Below, in pieces: positions 19,289-29,513 of a DNA stretch of 64,000 bases. The translations under genes and the position numbers were made by a program. Under the pieces are notes generated by a model that saw only the letters and a list, made by a program, of their open reading frames with translations, was not told where the DNA came from and made no database searches. Origin of the DNA: Candidatus Multivoradales bacterium (GTDB taxonomy: Bacteria > Acidobacteriota > Thermoanaerobaculia > Multivoradales > Multivoraceae); the NCBI GenBank assembly GCA_965223325.1, contig CBDCWI010000002.1, positions 672,001 through 736,000 on the forward strand, read 5' to 3'. Within the stretch, counting starts at the first letter, position 1, and every line of letters starts with the position of its first letter.

Positions 19289-20986
19289 ATGTTCTACCGC
19301 TCCATTTCGAAATCCGTCCCGGCGGGGCGCTCCCTGCGGCTGCTCGGCATGACGTTCCTTGCGCTGGCAGCAGTCCTCTTGCTGACCACCACACGCGCCG
19401 CAGCCGAGACTGAAGAGGTGCCCCTCGCACCGCGGCTGCAGGATCTGGGAACCCACACCCACCCGATCACCACGTCGGTGCCCGACGCCCAGCGCTACTT
19501 CGATCAGGGCCTGCGCCTGACCTACGCCTTCAATCACGCCGAGGCCGAACGTTCGTACCGCGAAGCCGCGCGCTTGGATCCCGAAGCGGCAATGCCCTAT
19601 TGGGGAATCGCCCTGGCTCTCGGGCCGAATATCAACGACCCGATGCCCCGCGAGCGCGAGGAGCTGGCCCTCGAAGCCCTCGCCGAAGCCAAGAAGCGTC
19701 TCGACAACGAGACCAGGCTCGAACGGCGGCTCATCGAAGCGCTGGCTGAACGCTACTCCGAGAAGGACGCCTTGGAGCGTGGCGTCGACGGCCGAGCCGA
19801 CCTTGACCAGGCCTGGGTCGACGCCACCGCTGCACTCAGGAAGGAGTTTCCCGAAAACGGAGACATCGCCACCCTGCACGCCGCGGCCCTCATGAACACC
19901 ATGCCCTGGAAGTACTGGAAGCCTGATGGCTCACCGGCCCCTGGCACCCTGGAGGCGATCGCGGCGATCGAGAAAGTCCTCGAACGCTGGCCCGACCACC
20001 CCGGCGCCCACCACTACTACATTCACCTGGTCGAAGCGTCCGATGATCCCGACCGAGGAATCTCGAGCGCCGAGGCCCTCGGGCCCCTGATGCCGGGTGC
20101 TGGTCACCTCGTTCATATGCCCTCGCATATCTGGATTCGTACCGGCAACTACGAAAAGGCCGCTGAAGCCAACCGCCAGGCGATTCTTGCCGACCAGGAC
20201 TACATCGCGCAGTGTCAGGCCCAGGGCCTCTACCCGGTGGGCTACTACCCGCACAACATTCATTTTCTGTGGGCCTCGACCACCTTCGGTGGCCACGAAA
20301 AGGAGGCGATCGCCGCCGCCGACAAGGTGGCAGAAAAGGTGCCTCTCGACATGCTCGACGAGTTTGGCTTCGCGCAGCGCTACCTGGTCACTCCCCTGTT
20401 CGCGCGCGTTCGCTTCGGGCGCTGGGACGAAATCCTGAGAACACCCCTGCCGGCAGAAAAACCCTTCGTCCGCGGGATCTGGCAGTACGCGCGAGCCTCG
20501 GCCTTCCTAGGAAAGAACGACCTGCGCGCGGCGCGCCGCGAAGTGCGAGCGCTGCGCAAGACTCTCCGTAACCGCGCACTCGATTCGGTCTCGGTGGCGT
20601 TTGAAAGCGGGCGCGACCTCCTGGAACTGGCGCGTTTGACCCTCGAAGGCGAAATCGACGCCGCACGCGGCAAGGAACGAAGGGCGCTAGCGAAACTCGA
20701 ACGTGCGGTGGAGATGCAAGACCGGTTTGCCTACTCCGAGCCTCCGACCTGGCACTACCCGGTGCGTCACACGCTCGGCCAGGTGTTGCTCGACTTCGAG
20801 CGTCCGCTGGCGGCCGAAAAGGTGTTCCGCGAGGATCTCGACGAGAACCGCAACAACGGTTGGGCAATGCTCGGTCTCGCGGAAGCGCTCGACCAGCAGG
20901 ATCGCTCTGACGAAGCACGAGCCGTGCGGGCGAAGCTCCAGGACGGTTTTTCCGGCGGCAACGGGCCGCGCTCAGCCTGGCGCTAA
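19289..20986 (+). CDS. Secreted TPR-containing protein with His-rich core
   Basis: Signal peptide; AQRYFDQG...FNH, HPGAHHYYIH, GHLVHMPSHI, YYPHNIHF. Confidence 0.75.
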   Translation: MFYRSISKSVPAGRSLRLLGMTFLALAAVLLLTTTRAAAETEEVPLAPRLQDLGTHTHPITTSVPDAQRYFDQGLRLTYAFNHAEAERSYREAARLDPEAAMPYWGIALALGPNINDPMPREREELALEALAEAKKRLDNETRLERRLIEALAERYSEKDALERGVDGRADLDQAWVDATAALRKEFPENGDIATLHAAALMNTMPWKYWKPDGSPAPGTLEAIAAIEKVLERWPDHPGAHHYYIHLVEASDDPDRGISSAEALGPLMPGAGHLVHMPSHIWIRTGNYEKAAEANRQAILADQDYIAQCQAQGLYPVGYYPHNIHFLWASTTFGGHEKEAIAAADKVAEKVPLDMLDEFGFAQRYLVTPLFARVRFGRWDEILRTPLPAEKPFVRGIWQYARASAFLGKNDLRAARREVRALRKTLRNRALDSVSVAFESGRDLLELARLTLEGEIDAARGKERRALAKLERAVEMQDRFAYSEPPTWHYPVRHTLGQVLLDFERPLAAEKVFREDLDENRNNGWAMLGLAEALDQQDRSDEARAVRAKLQDGFSGGNGPRSAWR

Positions 20987-21019
20987 CACCTATCCGTAAC
21001 GTAGATCAGAGCGGCGCCC

Positions 21020-22267
21020 CTACGGGAACACAGCACGCGCCAGCTCCACCGCCAGACTTTCCGAAAGTGCACGACCGGCCAGGGTCGGCACGAGTTGCGA
21101 CCCTCTAACCGTCAAGAGGCCATTGCGCAGTGCCTCATCGAGAACGGCGACCGCTTCTGCTGCCAGATCGACGCCGAGCCAGCTCCTGGTGATCTCGAGG
21201 TCAATGCCGGCTTTCAGTCGCAGTCCCAGCAACAGATGCTCGAGCAGGAGCGCTCCGCGGTCGGGCTCTTCGAATTCCTCGACGGCGCCGCTGCCGTCCT
21301 CGAGATGCTTCCTCCATGTCTCGAGGCTCCGCCAGTTCCACCACCGCCGGTACCCATTCCAGGAGTGCGCCGATGGACCGAGACCGAGGTACGGGGTGTG
21401 AAACCAGTACTTGGGGTTGTGTTGCGAGCGCGCCGACGGCGTGCGGGCAAAGTTCGACACCTCGTAGCCTTCGTAGCCCGCCGACTCGAGAAACTGATGG
21501 GTGAACTCGAAGCGTTCGGCGCGACCCTCCTCGGCGAGCGGCAGCAGTTGACCGCGCTCCCTGGCAGTGCCGAAGGGAGTGCCGTCGTGAAAGGTGAGCT
21601 CGTAGCAGGAGAGATGGTCGGGCGAGAAGCGAATCGCGCAGGCGAGGGTACTCGCCCACTCATCATTCGACTCCTCCGGCAGGGCGTACATCAGATCGAC
21701 AGACACGGTGCTAAACCCAGCAGCCAGCGCCAACTCGACAGCCCGTTCCGCTTCGCCGCCACGATGCCGGCGCCCCAGCCTTTTGAGGGCATCATCGTCG
21801 AATGCCTGGACCCCGAGGCTGAGGAACTGGATTCCGAGCTCACGCCAGACGGCGAGTGAGGCATCGCTCACGTCTTCCGGGTTCGCTTCCAGGCCGATCC
21901 AGGGGTCACGGGTGAGGCCGAGTCGCGACACGTTGTCTAGCAGACGCTTCAGTTCATTCGCACGCAGCGCCGAGGGAGTTCCGCCACCGAGGTAGAGGGT
22001 GTCGAAGGGTACGTGCTCTGGTTCGCGTTCTGACCACGGGTCGCGGGCCTTGAAGCCACCGCCTCTCCGCCATCCCTCGACCTCTGTTTCGAGACCGGCG
22101 AGGAACACCGCATGGTCTTCCTGACGATCGCGTCGTACCGCGAAGTCGCAGTAGGGGCACACCGCGGAACAGAACGGAACATGCACATACAACCCGGGAC
22201 GGCGAGACGGTGCACCTTCTAAGGAGGCAGACGCAGCCGACGAGTCGTTCAGCGTCGCCGCGTCCAC
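21020..22267 (-). CDS. hemW: Radical SAM heme chaperone HemW
   Basis: YVHVPFCSAVCPYCDF, GGGTPS, YEVSNF, HNPKYW. Confidence 0.9.
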   Translation of the reverse strand: MDAATLNDSSAASASLEGAPSRRPGLYVHVPFCSAVCPYCDFAVRRDRQEDHAVFLAGLETEVEGWRRGGGFKARDPWSEREPEHVPFDTLYLGGGTPSALRANELKRLLDNVSRLGLTRDPWIGLEANPEDVSDASLAVWRELGIQFLSLGVQAFDDDALKRLGRRHRGGEAERAVELALAAGFSTVSVDLMYALPEESNDEWASTLACAIRFSPDHLSCYELTFHDGTPFGTARERGQLLPLAEEGRAERFEFTHQFLESAGYEGYEVSNFARTPSARSQHNPKYWFHTPYLGLGPSAHSWNGYRRWWNWRSLETWRKHLEDGSGAVEEFEEPDRGALLLEHLLLGLRLKAGIDLEITRSWLGVDLAAEAVAVLDEALRNGLLTVRGSQLVPTLAGRALSESLAVELARAVFP

Positions 22268-22872
22268 CGTCGTTCGGAAGCCGCGCGCGGCTGACGGGGG
22301 GCCGCCACCTCACTTTCGCCGAGGCGCGACAACAGATACTCCTGGACCCCGCAGCGCAGGAGGTAGCAATTGTCGACCTCGAAGCCCGGCATGCTGCGCA
22401 GCAGCTCGGGCTCCTTGATGCGCGGGCTCGGCACGGTCGAGCCCGCCGGGTCTTCGTAGTCGACCTCTTCTCCATTGACAAGATAGAAGCGCCGAGGCGC
22501 CAACGGAATCTCCTCACGGTACGAGACCATGCAGAACACCCGACCGCCCGGCTTCATCAGCGCGCGCAAACGCGCGCCGAGCACCTTGCGGTCTTCCTTC
22601 TCCAGGTAGTCGAAGAGGTCCCAGACCAGAGCCAGGTCGTAGGGCGGCAGAGCGCCCGGTAGCAGGAGAGCCTCTTCGAGCTGCGAGCGAACTCCCCGAT
22701 CGGCAACCGACGACCGCAAGTCGGCGATGGTGAGATTGGCGCCGAAGCGCGACAAGAAGTCGACGTTGGAACCGGTCGCACTGCCCAGGTCGAGTACCTT
22801 CAGTCCGGGGCCACGTGAAAGCAGATCCACGACCTCGGCGAGGGCACGACTGGCGTTGCGTACCTTGTCCAT
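22249..22872 (-). CDS. Class I SAM-dependent methyltransferase-like protein
   Basis: VLDLGSA, YDLALVWDLFDYL, MKPGG. Confidence 0.7.
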   Translation of the reverse strand: MDKVRNASRALAEVVDLLSRGPGLKVLDLGSATGSNVDFLSRFGANLTIADLRSSVADRGVRSQLEEALLLPGALPPYDLALVWDLFDYLEKEDRKVLGARLRALMKPGGRVFCMVSYREEIPLAPRRFYLVNGEEVDYEDPAGSTVPSPRIKEPELLRSMPGFEVDNCYLLRCGVQEYLLSRLGESEVAAPRQPRAASERRWTRRR

Positions 22873-22945
22873 TGCTGGTGTATCAAACTCCTTGGCCGCG
22901 AAGCGGCATTTGGCCAGGGCGATCTGTGGCGATGACCCTCGCGAC

Positions 22946-23440
22946 TCAAGCCGTCGCCGGTGATGCCCCGGGCCGACCCGCATTCGCAGACGGTGCAGCG
23001 ACTGCGTCGACTTTTTCCTTGGCCTTCTTCTGCGGTGCCTTCTGCGCGGTCTTCGCTTCGACGGGGCTCATGTCCACCGCTCCTTCGAAGCGCGCTCCAT
23101 CGTCGAGCGCAACTCTCGGTGCTTGCAGTTCGCCGGCGACACGACCGGTGCGACGGATCGCCAGCCCGTCAGTGGCACGCACGTTGCCATCGACCTGACC
23201 TTCGATCACCACAGTGCGCGCCTTGATGTCGCCCTCGACATGACCCGACGCGGCCACCGTAACGTCGTATTCGACGAGCTCGATCAAGCCTTTGATCCGA
23301 CCTTCGACGATCAGATCTTCGGCACCGCGGACCTCGCCTTCGAGGGTCGTCGAGGCGCCGACTCGTGACGGAGAACCGCCGCGCGAACCTGCTCCACCGA
23401 TGGACCCGGTGGCACTTTCATTTCCATCTTTCTTGAACAT
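22946..23440 (-). CDS. Bactofilin (polymer-forming cytoskeletal protein)
   Basis: LEGEV...LIVEGRIKG...VEGDIKARTVVIEGQVDGNV...GARFEG beta-helix repeats. Confidence 0.9.
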   Translation of the reverse strand: MFKKDGNESATGSIGGAGSRGGSPSRVGASTTLEGEVRGAEDLIVEGRIKGLIELVEYDVTVAASGHVEGDIKARTVVIEGQVDGNVRATDGLAIRRTGRVAGELQAPRVALDDGARFEGAVDMSPVEAKTAQKAPQKKAKEKVDAVAAPSANAGRPGASPATA

Positions 23441-23726
23441 TGGACTGGACCTCCCTTGGGCGTCAGGATGAACGTTTCACCGCGCTGGCGGTGACGGGGC
23501 AGAAAGAGATTTATAACAACAAGACTATGATCCCGGCACGCAGCCGCGTAACGTCAACGCTGGTGGGCGCTTGCGGCTCGATCAGCCGAATCGTTCGAGT
23601 CTATAGCCGTTTTGTGCGCCGATGCCGCTCATCGTCGAAAAAGACGGATTTCTCCGGATTTCGCCGCTCCGAGAGGCAACCGCACACCACGACTCTGGCC
23701 GGCGCCTGGCAATCCGCAGCCAGTCG

Positions 23727-25520
23727 TCAGTCGTCAGAGCGCAGAACGGCGACGAAGGCCTCCTGCGGAATCTCGATCGAGCCCACCATCTTCATGCGCT
23801 TCTTGCCTTCTTTCTGCTTCTCGAGCAGTTTACGCTTGCGGGTGATATCGCCGCCGTAGCACTTGGCGGTGACATCCTTTCGGAAGGCTCCGATGGTCTC
23901 GCGCGCGATGATCGTGCCGCCGATGGCGCCTTGAATGGCGATCTTGAACTGCTGGCGAGGAATCGTCTCTTTGAGCTTCTCGCAGTAGCGCAGCGCTCGC
24001 GGACGCGCCTTCTCCCGGTGCACCAGCTGGGAGAGCGCATCGACCTTGTCGCCATTGACCAGTATGTCGACCTTGGCGATATCGGTGCGCCGGTAGTCGA
24101 GCAGCTCGTAGTCGAACGAACCATAGCCTTGAGTCACCGTCTTCAAACGATCGTAGAAGTCGAACATCACCTCGGCGAGCGGCAGTTCCGCAGTGAGCTC
24201 GACGCGGCCAACCGACAGGTAGTTGAAACTGACGTTCTCACCTCGCCGGTCGTGGCAGAGCTCCATGATGACGCCGATGTAACGCTCGGGAATCATGATC
24301 GACGCTTCGATGAACGGCTCCTCGACCCACTCGATCTGGGATGGGTCGGGGTAGTGCGACGGATTGTCGACCTCCTGAACGTCCCCGCCTTCGAGCTTCA
24401 CGCGGTATTGAACCGAAGGTGCCGACAGGACCAACGACAGGCCGTGCTCGCGCTCGAGCCGCTCTTGCACGACATCGAGGTGCAGGAGACCGAGGAAACC
24501 GCAGCGATACCCGAAGCCGAGAGCACTCGAGCTGTCCTTTTCATAGGTCAACGACGCATCGTTCAGAGCCAACTTGTCGAGCGCCGCGCTCAGGTCTTCG
24601 TACTCATCGGTCGAGATCGGATACATCGACGAGAACACCACCGACTTGGCCTCGCGGTACCCCGGAATCGGTTCGGCAGCCGGGTTGGCCTGGGTAGTGA
24701 CCGTGTCGCCAACTTCTATCTCGGAGATGTTCTTGATGCCCGAGATCACGTAGCCGACGTCGCCGGCGATCAACTGCTTCCTGGGTGAGCGCTCGAGGGT
24801 GAGAATGCCAAGTTCCTCGACGTCGTGGTCGCTGCCGGTGTGCATGAGCCGAATCGCCGAACCGGATCGGAGAGTCCCCTCTTTGATCCGCACCAGCATG
24901 ACGACCCCGCGATAGGTGTCGTACTGGGCGTCGAACACCAACGCCTTGAGCGGAGCCTCGGGATCACCCACGGGAGCGGGAAGGCCGTTTACCACCGCTT
25001 CGAGAACGTCCTCGATCCCCTCGCCCTTCTTGGCAGAGCACAGCACCGCATCTTCGCGCGCCAGACCGAGGTCTTCTTCGATCTCCTCGAGTACGCGCTC
25101 GGGCTCCGCCGCTGGCAGATCGATCTTGTTGAGGACCGGCACCAGCTCGAGGTCGTATTCGAGCGCCAGGTAGAGGTTCGCCAGCGTCTGTGCCTCGACC
25201 CCTTGCGCCGCATCGACGACCAGAAGGGCACCTTCACACGACATCAGGGAACGTCGCACTTCGTGCGAGAAGTCGACGTGGCCAGGAGTGTCGATGAGGT
25301 TCAGCTCGTAGACCTCACCGTCGCGCGCCTTGTACTCGAGCGTGATGGTGTTGCTCTTGATGGTGATCCCGCGCTCGCGCTCGATGTCCATCGAGTCGAG
25401 GATCTGGTCACGAAACTGGCGCTCGTCGACACCGCCGCAATGCTGAATCAGGCGGTCGGCAAGCGTCGACTTGCCATGGTCGATATGGGCGATGATGCAG
25501 AAGTTGCGGACTTTGCGCAC
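23727..25520 (-). CDS. lepA: Elongation factor 4
   Basis: RNFCIIAHIDHGKSTLADR, DTPGH, NKID, KCYGGDITRKRKLLEKQKEGK; GTG start at 25520. Confidence 0.97.
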   Translation of the reverse strand: MRKVRNFCIIAHIDHGKSTLADRLIQHCGGVDERQFRDQILDSMDIERERGITIKSNTITLEYKARDGEVYELNLIDTPGHVDFSHEVRRSLMSCEGALLVVDAAQGVEAQTLANLYLALEYDLELVPVLNKIDLPAAEPERVLEEIEEDLGLAREDAVLCSAKKGEGIEDVLEAVVNGLPAPVGDPEAPLKALVFDAQYDTYRGVVMLVRIKEGTLRSGSAIRLMHTGSDHDVEELGILTLERSPRKQLIAGDVGYVISGIKNISEIEVGDTVTTQANPAAEPIPGYREAKSVVFSSMYPISTDEYEDLSAALDKLALNDASLTYEKDSSSALGFGYRCGFLGLLHLDVVQERLEREHGLSLVLSAPSVQYRVKLEGGDVQEVDNPSHYPDPSQIEWVEEPFIEASIMIPERYIGVIMELCHDRRGENVSFNYLSVGRVELTAELPLAEVMFDFYDRLKTVTQGYGSFDYELLDYRRTDIAKVDILVNGDKVDALSQLVHREKARPRALRYCEKLKETIPRQQFKIAIQGAIGGTIIARETIGAFRKDVTAKCYGGDITRKRKLLEKQKEGKKRMKMVGSIEIPQEAFVAVLRSDD

Positions 25521-25809
25521 GGAGTTCCTGTAGGCCTGGCGGCCTCGACCGGCCCGCGGCGGCGCGATGGTTCCCATCTCACCTCCGACGGCGACGCGGT
25601 TTGTGAACGAGTTCCTGGAGAGAATCCTGGGAAAGGGCCCTGGAAGCGGGGTCAGACAAAGCGGGGCCCCGTCGCAGTGGTGCGCCGAAGCCCCCCGAGG
25701 TTGACGGAGCATATCAACGCGAAGCTCCTCGGGATCCGATAGGGCCGCCCTTGATACCGTCGCCAACAGCGGCCGGCAGAGCCTGCGCAGCATCCCGGAG
25801 GAGTCAAGC

Positions 25810-26703
25810 GTGTCAGAGAAAAGGATTTTCACTCTCGGTGTTCCGATGGACCTCGGCCAGTCGCGGCGTGGGGTCGACATGGGGCCGTACGCGGTGCGCT
25901 ACGCCGGTCTCAACCGTGGGTTGCGCGCCCTTGGCCATCGCGTTTTCGACCGCGGCAATGTCGACATTCCAGAGCGTGACACGCTTGAGCCAGGGGGTGG
26001 GATGGACTACCTGCCCGAGGTCGCCCTCGCCTGTCAGTCGATCTACGAAACTGCCGCTGAGCTGGCCGAAGGGGGTGGCATTCCCCTCTTCCTCGGCGGC
26101 GACCATTCGATCGCCCTGGCAACCGTCGGGGGTGTCAGCCACAGCCGAGACGTTGGTTTGCTTTGGGTCGACGCCCATGGTGACTTCAACACCCCCGAGA
26201 CCTCGCCATCGGGAAACATCCATGGCATGCCCCTGGCGGCGCTCCTGGGTCGCGGCGCTCCCGAGCTCGTCGACCTCGGCCGCAAGGGGGCCAAGCTCGA
26301 CGCCTCACAGGTGGTGTTGATCGGCATTCGCGATCTCGACGCTCTCGAGCGCGTCGCCCTCCGCGAATCGGGCGCCACCGTCTACACGATGCACGACATC
26401 GATGAGCTCGGCATGGCAACCGTTGCCGCGCAGGCGCTCGACCAGCTGACGAAGTTCGAGTCGCTCCACGTGAGCCTCGACATGGACAGCATCGACCCCA
26501 ACCAGGCACCGGGCGTCGGGACGCCTGTACCGGGGGGCATCACCCGGCGTGAGGCGCACCTGTTGATGGAGATCATTGCCGAGCGCGCCAACGTCGGCTC
26601 GGTCGACGTGGTCGAGGTCAACCCGATTCTCGATCACAAGAACGAAACCTCGGTTCTCGCCTGTGGCCTGGTGGCGTCGCTGTTTGGTAAACGGATCTTC
26701 TAG
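25810..26703 (+). CDS. rocF: Arginase
   Basis: [33 protein letters not shown]. Confidence 0.95.
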   Translation: MSEKRIFTLGVPMDLGQSRRGVDMGPYAVRYAGLNRGLRALGHRVFDRGNVDIPERDTLEPGGGMDYLPEVALACQSIYETAAELAEGGGIPLFLGGDHSIALATVGGVSHSRDVGLLWVDAHGDFNTPETSPSGNIHGMPLAALLGRGAPELVDLGRKGAKLDASQVVLIGIRDLDALERVALRESGATVYTMHDIDELGMATVAAQALDQLTKFESLHVSLDMDSIDPNQAPGVGTPVPGGITRREAHLLMEIIAERANVGSVDVVEVNPILDHKNETSVLACGLVASLFGKRIF

Positions 26704-26812
26704 TGACCCGTGGTTTTCGGCCTTTTGTGATGTGCACCTTTCTTTGAAGGCGGTGCTTGGGGGGTGGCGATTTCGGGTAGGCGGAGCGTCGTTTACCACG
26801 GGTCACTAGAAG
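26697..26812. repeat. 18-bp perfect inverted repeat (TAG...CTA hairpin cap of the repeat family)
   Basis: CTTCTAGTGACCCGTGGT (26697-26714) / ACCACGGGTCACTAGAAG (26795-26812); overlaps the arginase stop codon. Confidence 0.85.
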
Positions 26813-26827
26813 GTCACTTTTGCGGCG

Positions 26828-28736
26828 ATCGCGGTAGGAGCGCCGGTTGCCCGGCGCCCCCCGCACAGATCCCAGCGTGCACTGCTAATGCACTGGGCTC
26901 CTGCCTCAGGTATTGACGACAAGTCGCTCATCAGGCCAGGGATGTTGGACTCGGGCTTTGGGTAGGTAGTGGGCCACCAGGGCCCACATCCGTTTCCAGG
27001 ACGTGCGGTCTTTGTCACTGCGTCGGCGCAGAGCGCGCATCCAGTGCCGAATGACCTCCTGTCGAAAGGCGTTCAACGCCGCTGAGTTGCCGGGTACGCC
27101 GTAGTAGGCATTGAAGCCTCGCACCACGGATCCCAGCCAGAGACCTTGCTCTGGTAGCGGCGAGTGTCGGTGTCCCAGAAGGGCCGTACCGACAGCCTTC
27201 AGTGTCCTGCGGATTCGGTGGCGGCTCGTGATGCGCTTCAGCAAGAACCTCCCTCGACTAGACTGCGCACAGCAGTGCGTAAAGCCTAGAAACTCGAAGG
27301 TCTCCGGCCGCCCGAGACCTCGCGCGCGTCGGTTGTAGGCCGCAAAGCGGCCAAACTCCAGCAGGCGCGTCTTCTCGGGTTGGATCTCCAACGAGAAGTC
27401 ACGGAGTCGCAGGTTCAGTTCCTCGAGGAATCGTTCTGCCTCCTCCTGCCTCTCAAATCCAACGATGAAGTCATCCGCGTAGCGCACGAAGATCATGTCC
27501 CCAAGCGCGTTGCGTTTCCTCCACTGCTGGACCCAGAGATCGAGCACGTAGTGCAGGTACACGTTCCCGAGGAGAGGCGAAATCGTCGCCCCCTGAGGAG
27601 TCCCCCGCGTGCTCGCGTGCCACTTACCGTCTTCCATCACTCCGGACCTCAGCCATTTCTGGATGAGGCGAAGGATCCTACGGTCTCCGATACGGTGCTC
27701 GAGAAACTTCACCAGCCACTCGTGGTCCAGGGCATCGAAGAACCCACGAATGTCTGCGTCGAGCACCCAGTTCACCTTCCGCTTTGTGATTCCAACGAAT
27801 AGCGCATCCAAAGCATCGTGCTGGCTGCGGCCTCGCCTGAATCCGTATGAGTACCCGAGAAAGTCTTCCTCGTAGATCGCATCCAACACCGAGACGACGG
27901 CGCGCTGAAGGATCTTGTCCTCCAACGTGGCGATGCCAAGCGGTCGGAACCGCCCATCCGATTTCTCGATGTAGACGCGACGAGTCGCACTCGCCCGGTA
28001 GCTCCCACGGTGGACACGAGAGTGCAGGTCCTCGAGATTGCTCAGCAAAGATTCTGCGTACTCGCTCCATGACACTCCGTCCACTCCTGCCGCTGCGTCT
28101 CGGTGCAACACGTCAAATGCGCTCCGGAGTCGCTCGACCGTGATGTGGTGAAGAAGCGCTGTGAACTTCACTTCCTTGCCCCTGCGGGCGGCTTCTCGTA
28201 CACGGCCCAGCGCATTGCTCGCACTCTCCATCCGGCTCTGTGTCCGGGGTGCGTTTTGCTTGCCCGTGTTCCCCTTGGCCAGGCCCCTTCCCTCCACCGC
28301 CTCCGCCGCTGGTCTCCCACCGTTGTTCGACGACTTCGCAGGTACTACGGGCCTGTCTGACTTCCGCCATCCGTGCGTCATCGGCTTACGGCCTCTAGCC
28401 TTCCCGATGCGGACCAGATACCCAACTGGCCAGATCGCGGATCTCCCGGTTCTCGCGCATGGAGATTCCACACATGCACAGGGTCTACGACCGCGGGGAG
28501 TCGCCGCAGAGCTCGCGATAGCGCGCTACGGAGTCTCGCCTTCCGCTTCGCTTGACAGCGTCGGCACTCCCAAATTCTTATTTCGCGGCTCAATACCCGG
28601 CCTGTGTGTGCCCCTGTCAACGCTTCACCGCACCCTCGCGGGAGCCGGCGCATGACTCGGGGACCCTCTGGGTCGCTACCCCTTCGAGGGTGGGACTCTC
28701 TCATTCCTTTCTCCATGCCGGTTTATCCCGGCGTAT
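26828..28736 (-). mobile_element. Group II intron copy 1 (En-minus, bacterial class E-like)
   Basis: RT ORF followed by domain V (gAGCccagtgc...gcacgctgggatc) and domain VI ending CCTACCGCGAT; reverse complement of 50364-52272; 5' end +/-1 nt. Confidence 0.93.
26906..28381 (-). CDS. ltrA: Group II intron reverse transcriptase/maturase
   Basis: RPLGI, YGFR, DIRGFFD, GTPQGATISPLL, RYADD, FLGF, maturase X domain, no HNH; start MTHGWRKSD. Confidence 0.95.
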   Translation of the reverse strand: MTHGWRKSDRPVVPAKSSNNGGRPAAEAVEGRGLAKGNTGKQNAPRTQSRMESASNALGRVREAARRGKEVKFTALLHHITVERLRSAFDVLHRDAAAGVDGVSWSEYAESLLSNLEDLHSRVHRGSYRASATRRVYIEKSDGRFRPLGIATLEDKILQRAVVSVLDAIYEEDFLGYSYGFRRGRSQHDALDALFVGITKRKVNWVLDADIRGFFDALDHEWLVKFLEHRIGDRRILRLIQKWLRSGVMEDGKWHASTRGTPQGATISPLLGNVYLHYVLDLWVQQWRKRNALGDMIFVRYADDFIVGFERQEEAERFLEELNLRLRDFSLEIQPEKTRLLEFGRFAAYNRRARGLGRPETFEFLGFTHCCAQSSRGRFLLKRITSRHRIRRTLKAVGTALLGHRHSPLPEQGLWLGSVVRGFNAYYGVPGNSAALNAFRQEVIRHWMRALRRRSDKDRTSWKRMWALVAHYLPKARVQHPWPDERLVVNT

Positions 28737-28738
28737 CC

Positions 28739-29383
28739 AAGCGGTCCGATGGGAGGGCCGGCTTCACCAGGCGGCCGCCCTGCAGGTGCGACCGTGGACT
28801 GCGATCGACCGTCGCGCGCCGCGGATTCGTGGCTTCGTTGGAGCGGTGGATCTTAGGGACTCCGAGGGAAGCAGTCCGACTGAGGGCCGGCTTCGCTGGG
28901 CGCTAAACCCTGCAGGTGCGGCTGTGGACTGCGATCGACCGTCGCGCGCCGCGGATTCGGGCCCCCGTTGGAGCGGTGGATCTCAGGGACTCCGAGGGAA
29001 GCAGTCCGACTGAGGGCCGGCTTCGCTGGGCGCTAAACCCTGCAGGTGCGGCTGTGGACTGCGATCGACCGTCGCGCGCCGCGGATTCGGGCCCCCGTTG
29101 GAGCGGTTGATCTCAGGGACTCCGAGGGAAGCAGTCCGACTGAGGGCCGGCTTCGCTGGGCGCTAAACCCTGCGGGTGCGGCTGTGGACTGCGATCGACC
29201 GTCGCGCGCCGCGGATTCGGGTCCCCGTTGGAGCGGTGGATCTCAGGGACTCCGAGGGAAGCAGTCCGACTGAGGGCCGGCTTCGCTGGGCGCTAAACCC
29301 TGCAGGTGCGACTGTGGACTGCGATCGACCGTCGCGCGCCGCGGATTCGGGTCCCCGTTGGAGCGGTGATCTTAGGGACTCCG
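28739..29383. repeat. Tandem array of five ~130-bp units abutting the intron 5' end
   Basis: Units start at 28739, 28869, 28999, 29129 and 29259 (AAGCAGTCCGACTGAGGG...); units 2-5 nearly identical, unit 1 more diverged. Confidence 0.95.
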
Positions 29384-29513
29384 CTGGATCCGGCCTCTAG
29401 GGGCCCGGGCCACTTGTCATCCAACCTTTCGCCGCAAGCGCTCGGCCGCCGCCACCGGTCATGGCTCCGATCAGACTGCGGCTCGTTGATCCACCGCCCC
29501 TGGGACCTGGTCG

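Noticed and set aside
25521-25880. N-terminal extension of LepA
   Set aside because: Low-complexity upstream read-through; GTG at 25520 gives the normal ~597 aa.
26906-28381. Retron, DGR or defence RT
   Set aside because: Maturase domain and domains V/VI identify a group II intron; no TR/VR adenine-specific variation or accessory genes.
28739-29383. CRISPR array
   Set aside because: Whole 130-bp units repeat with no unique spacers; no cas genes in the window.
28739-29383. Integron attC array targeted by a IIC-attC intron
   Set aside because: No RYYYAAC/GTTRRRY pair, no cassette ORFs, no integrase; intron ends are not IIC-like.
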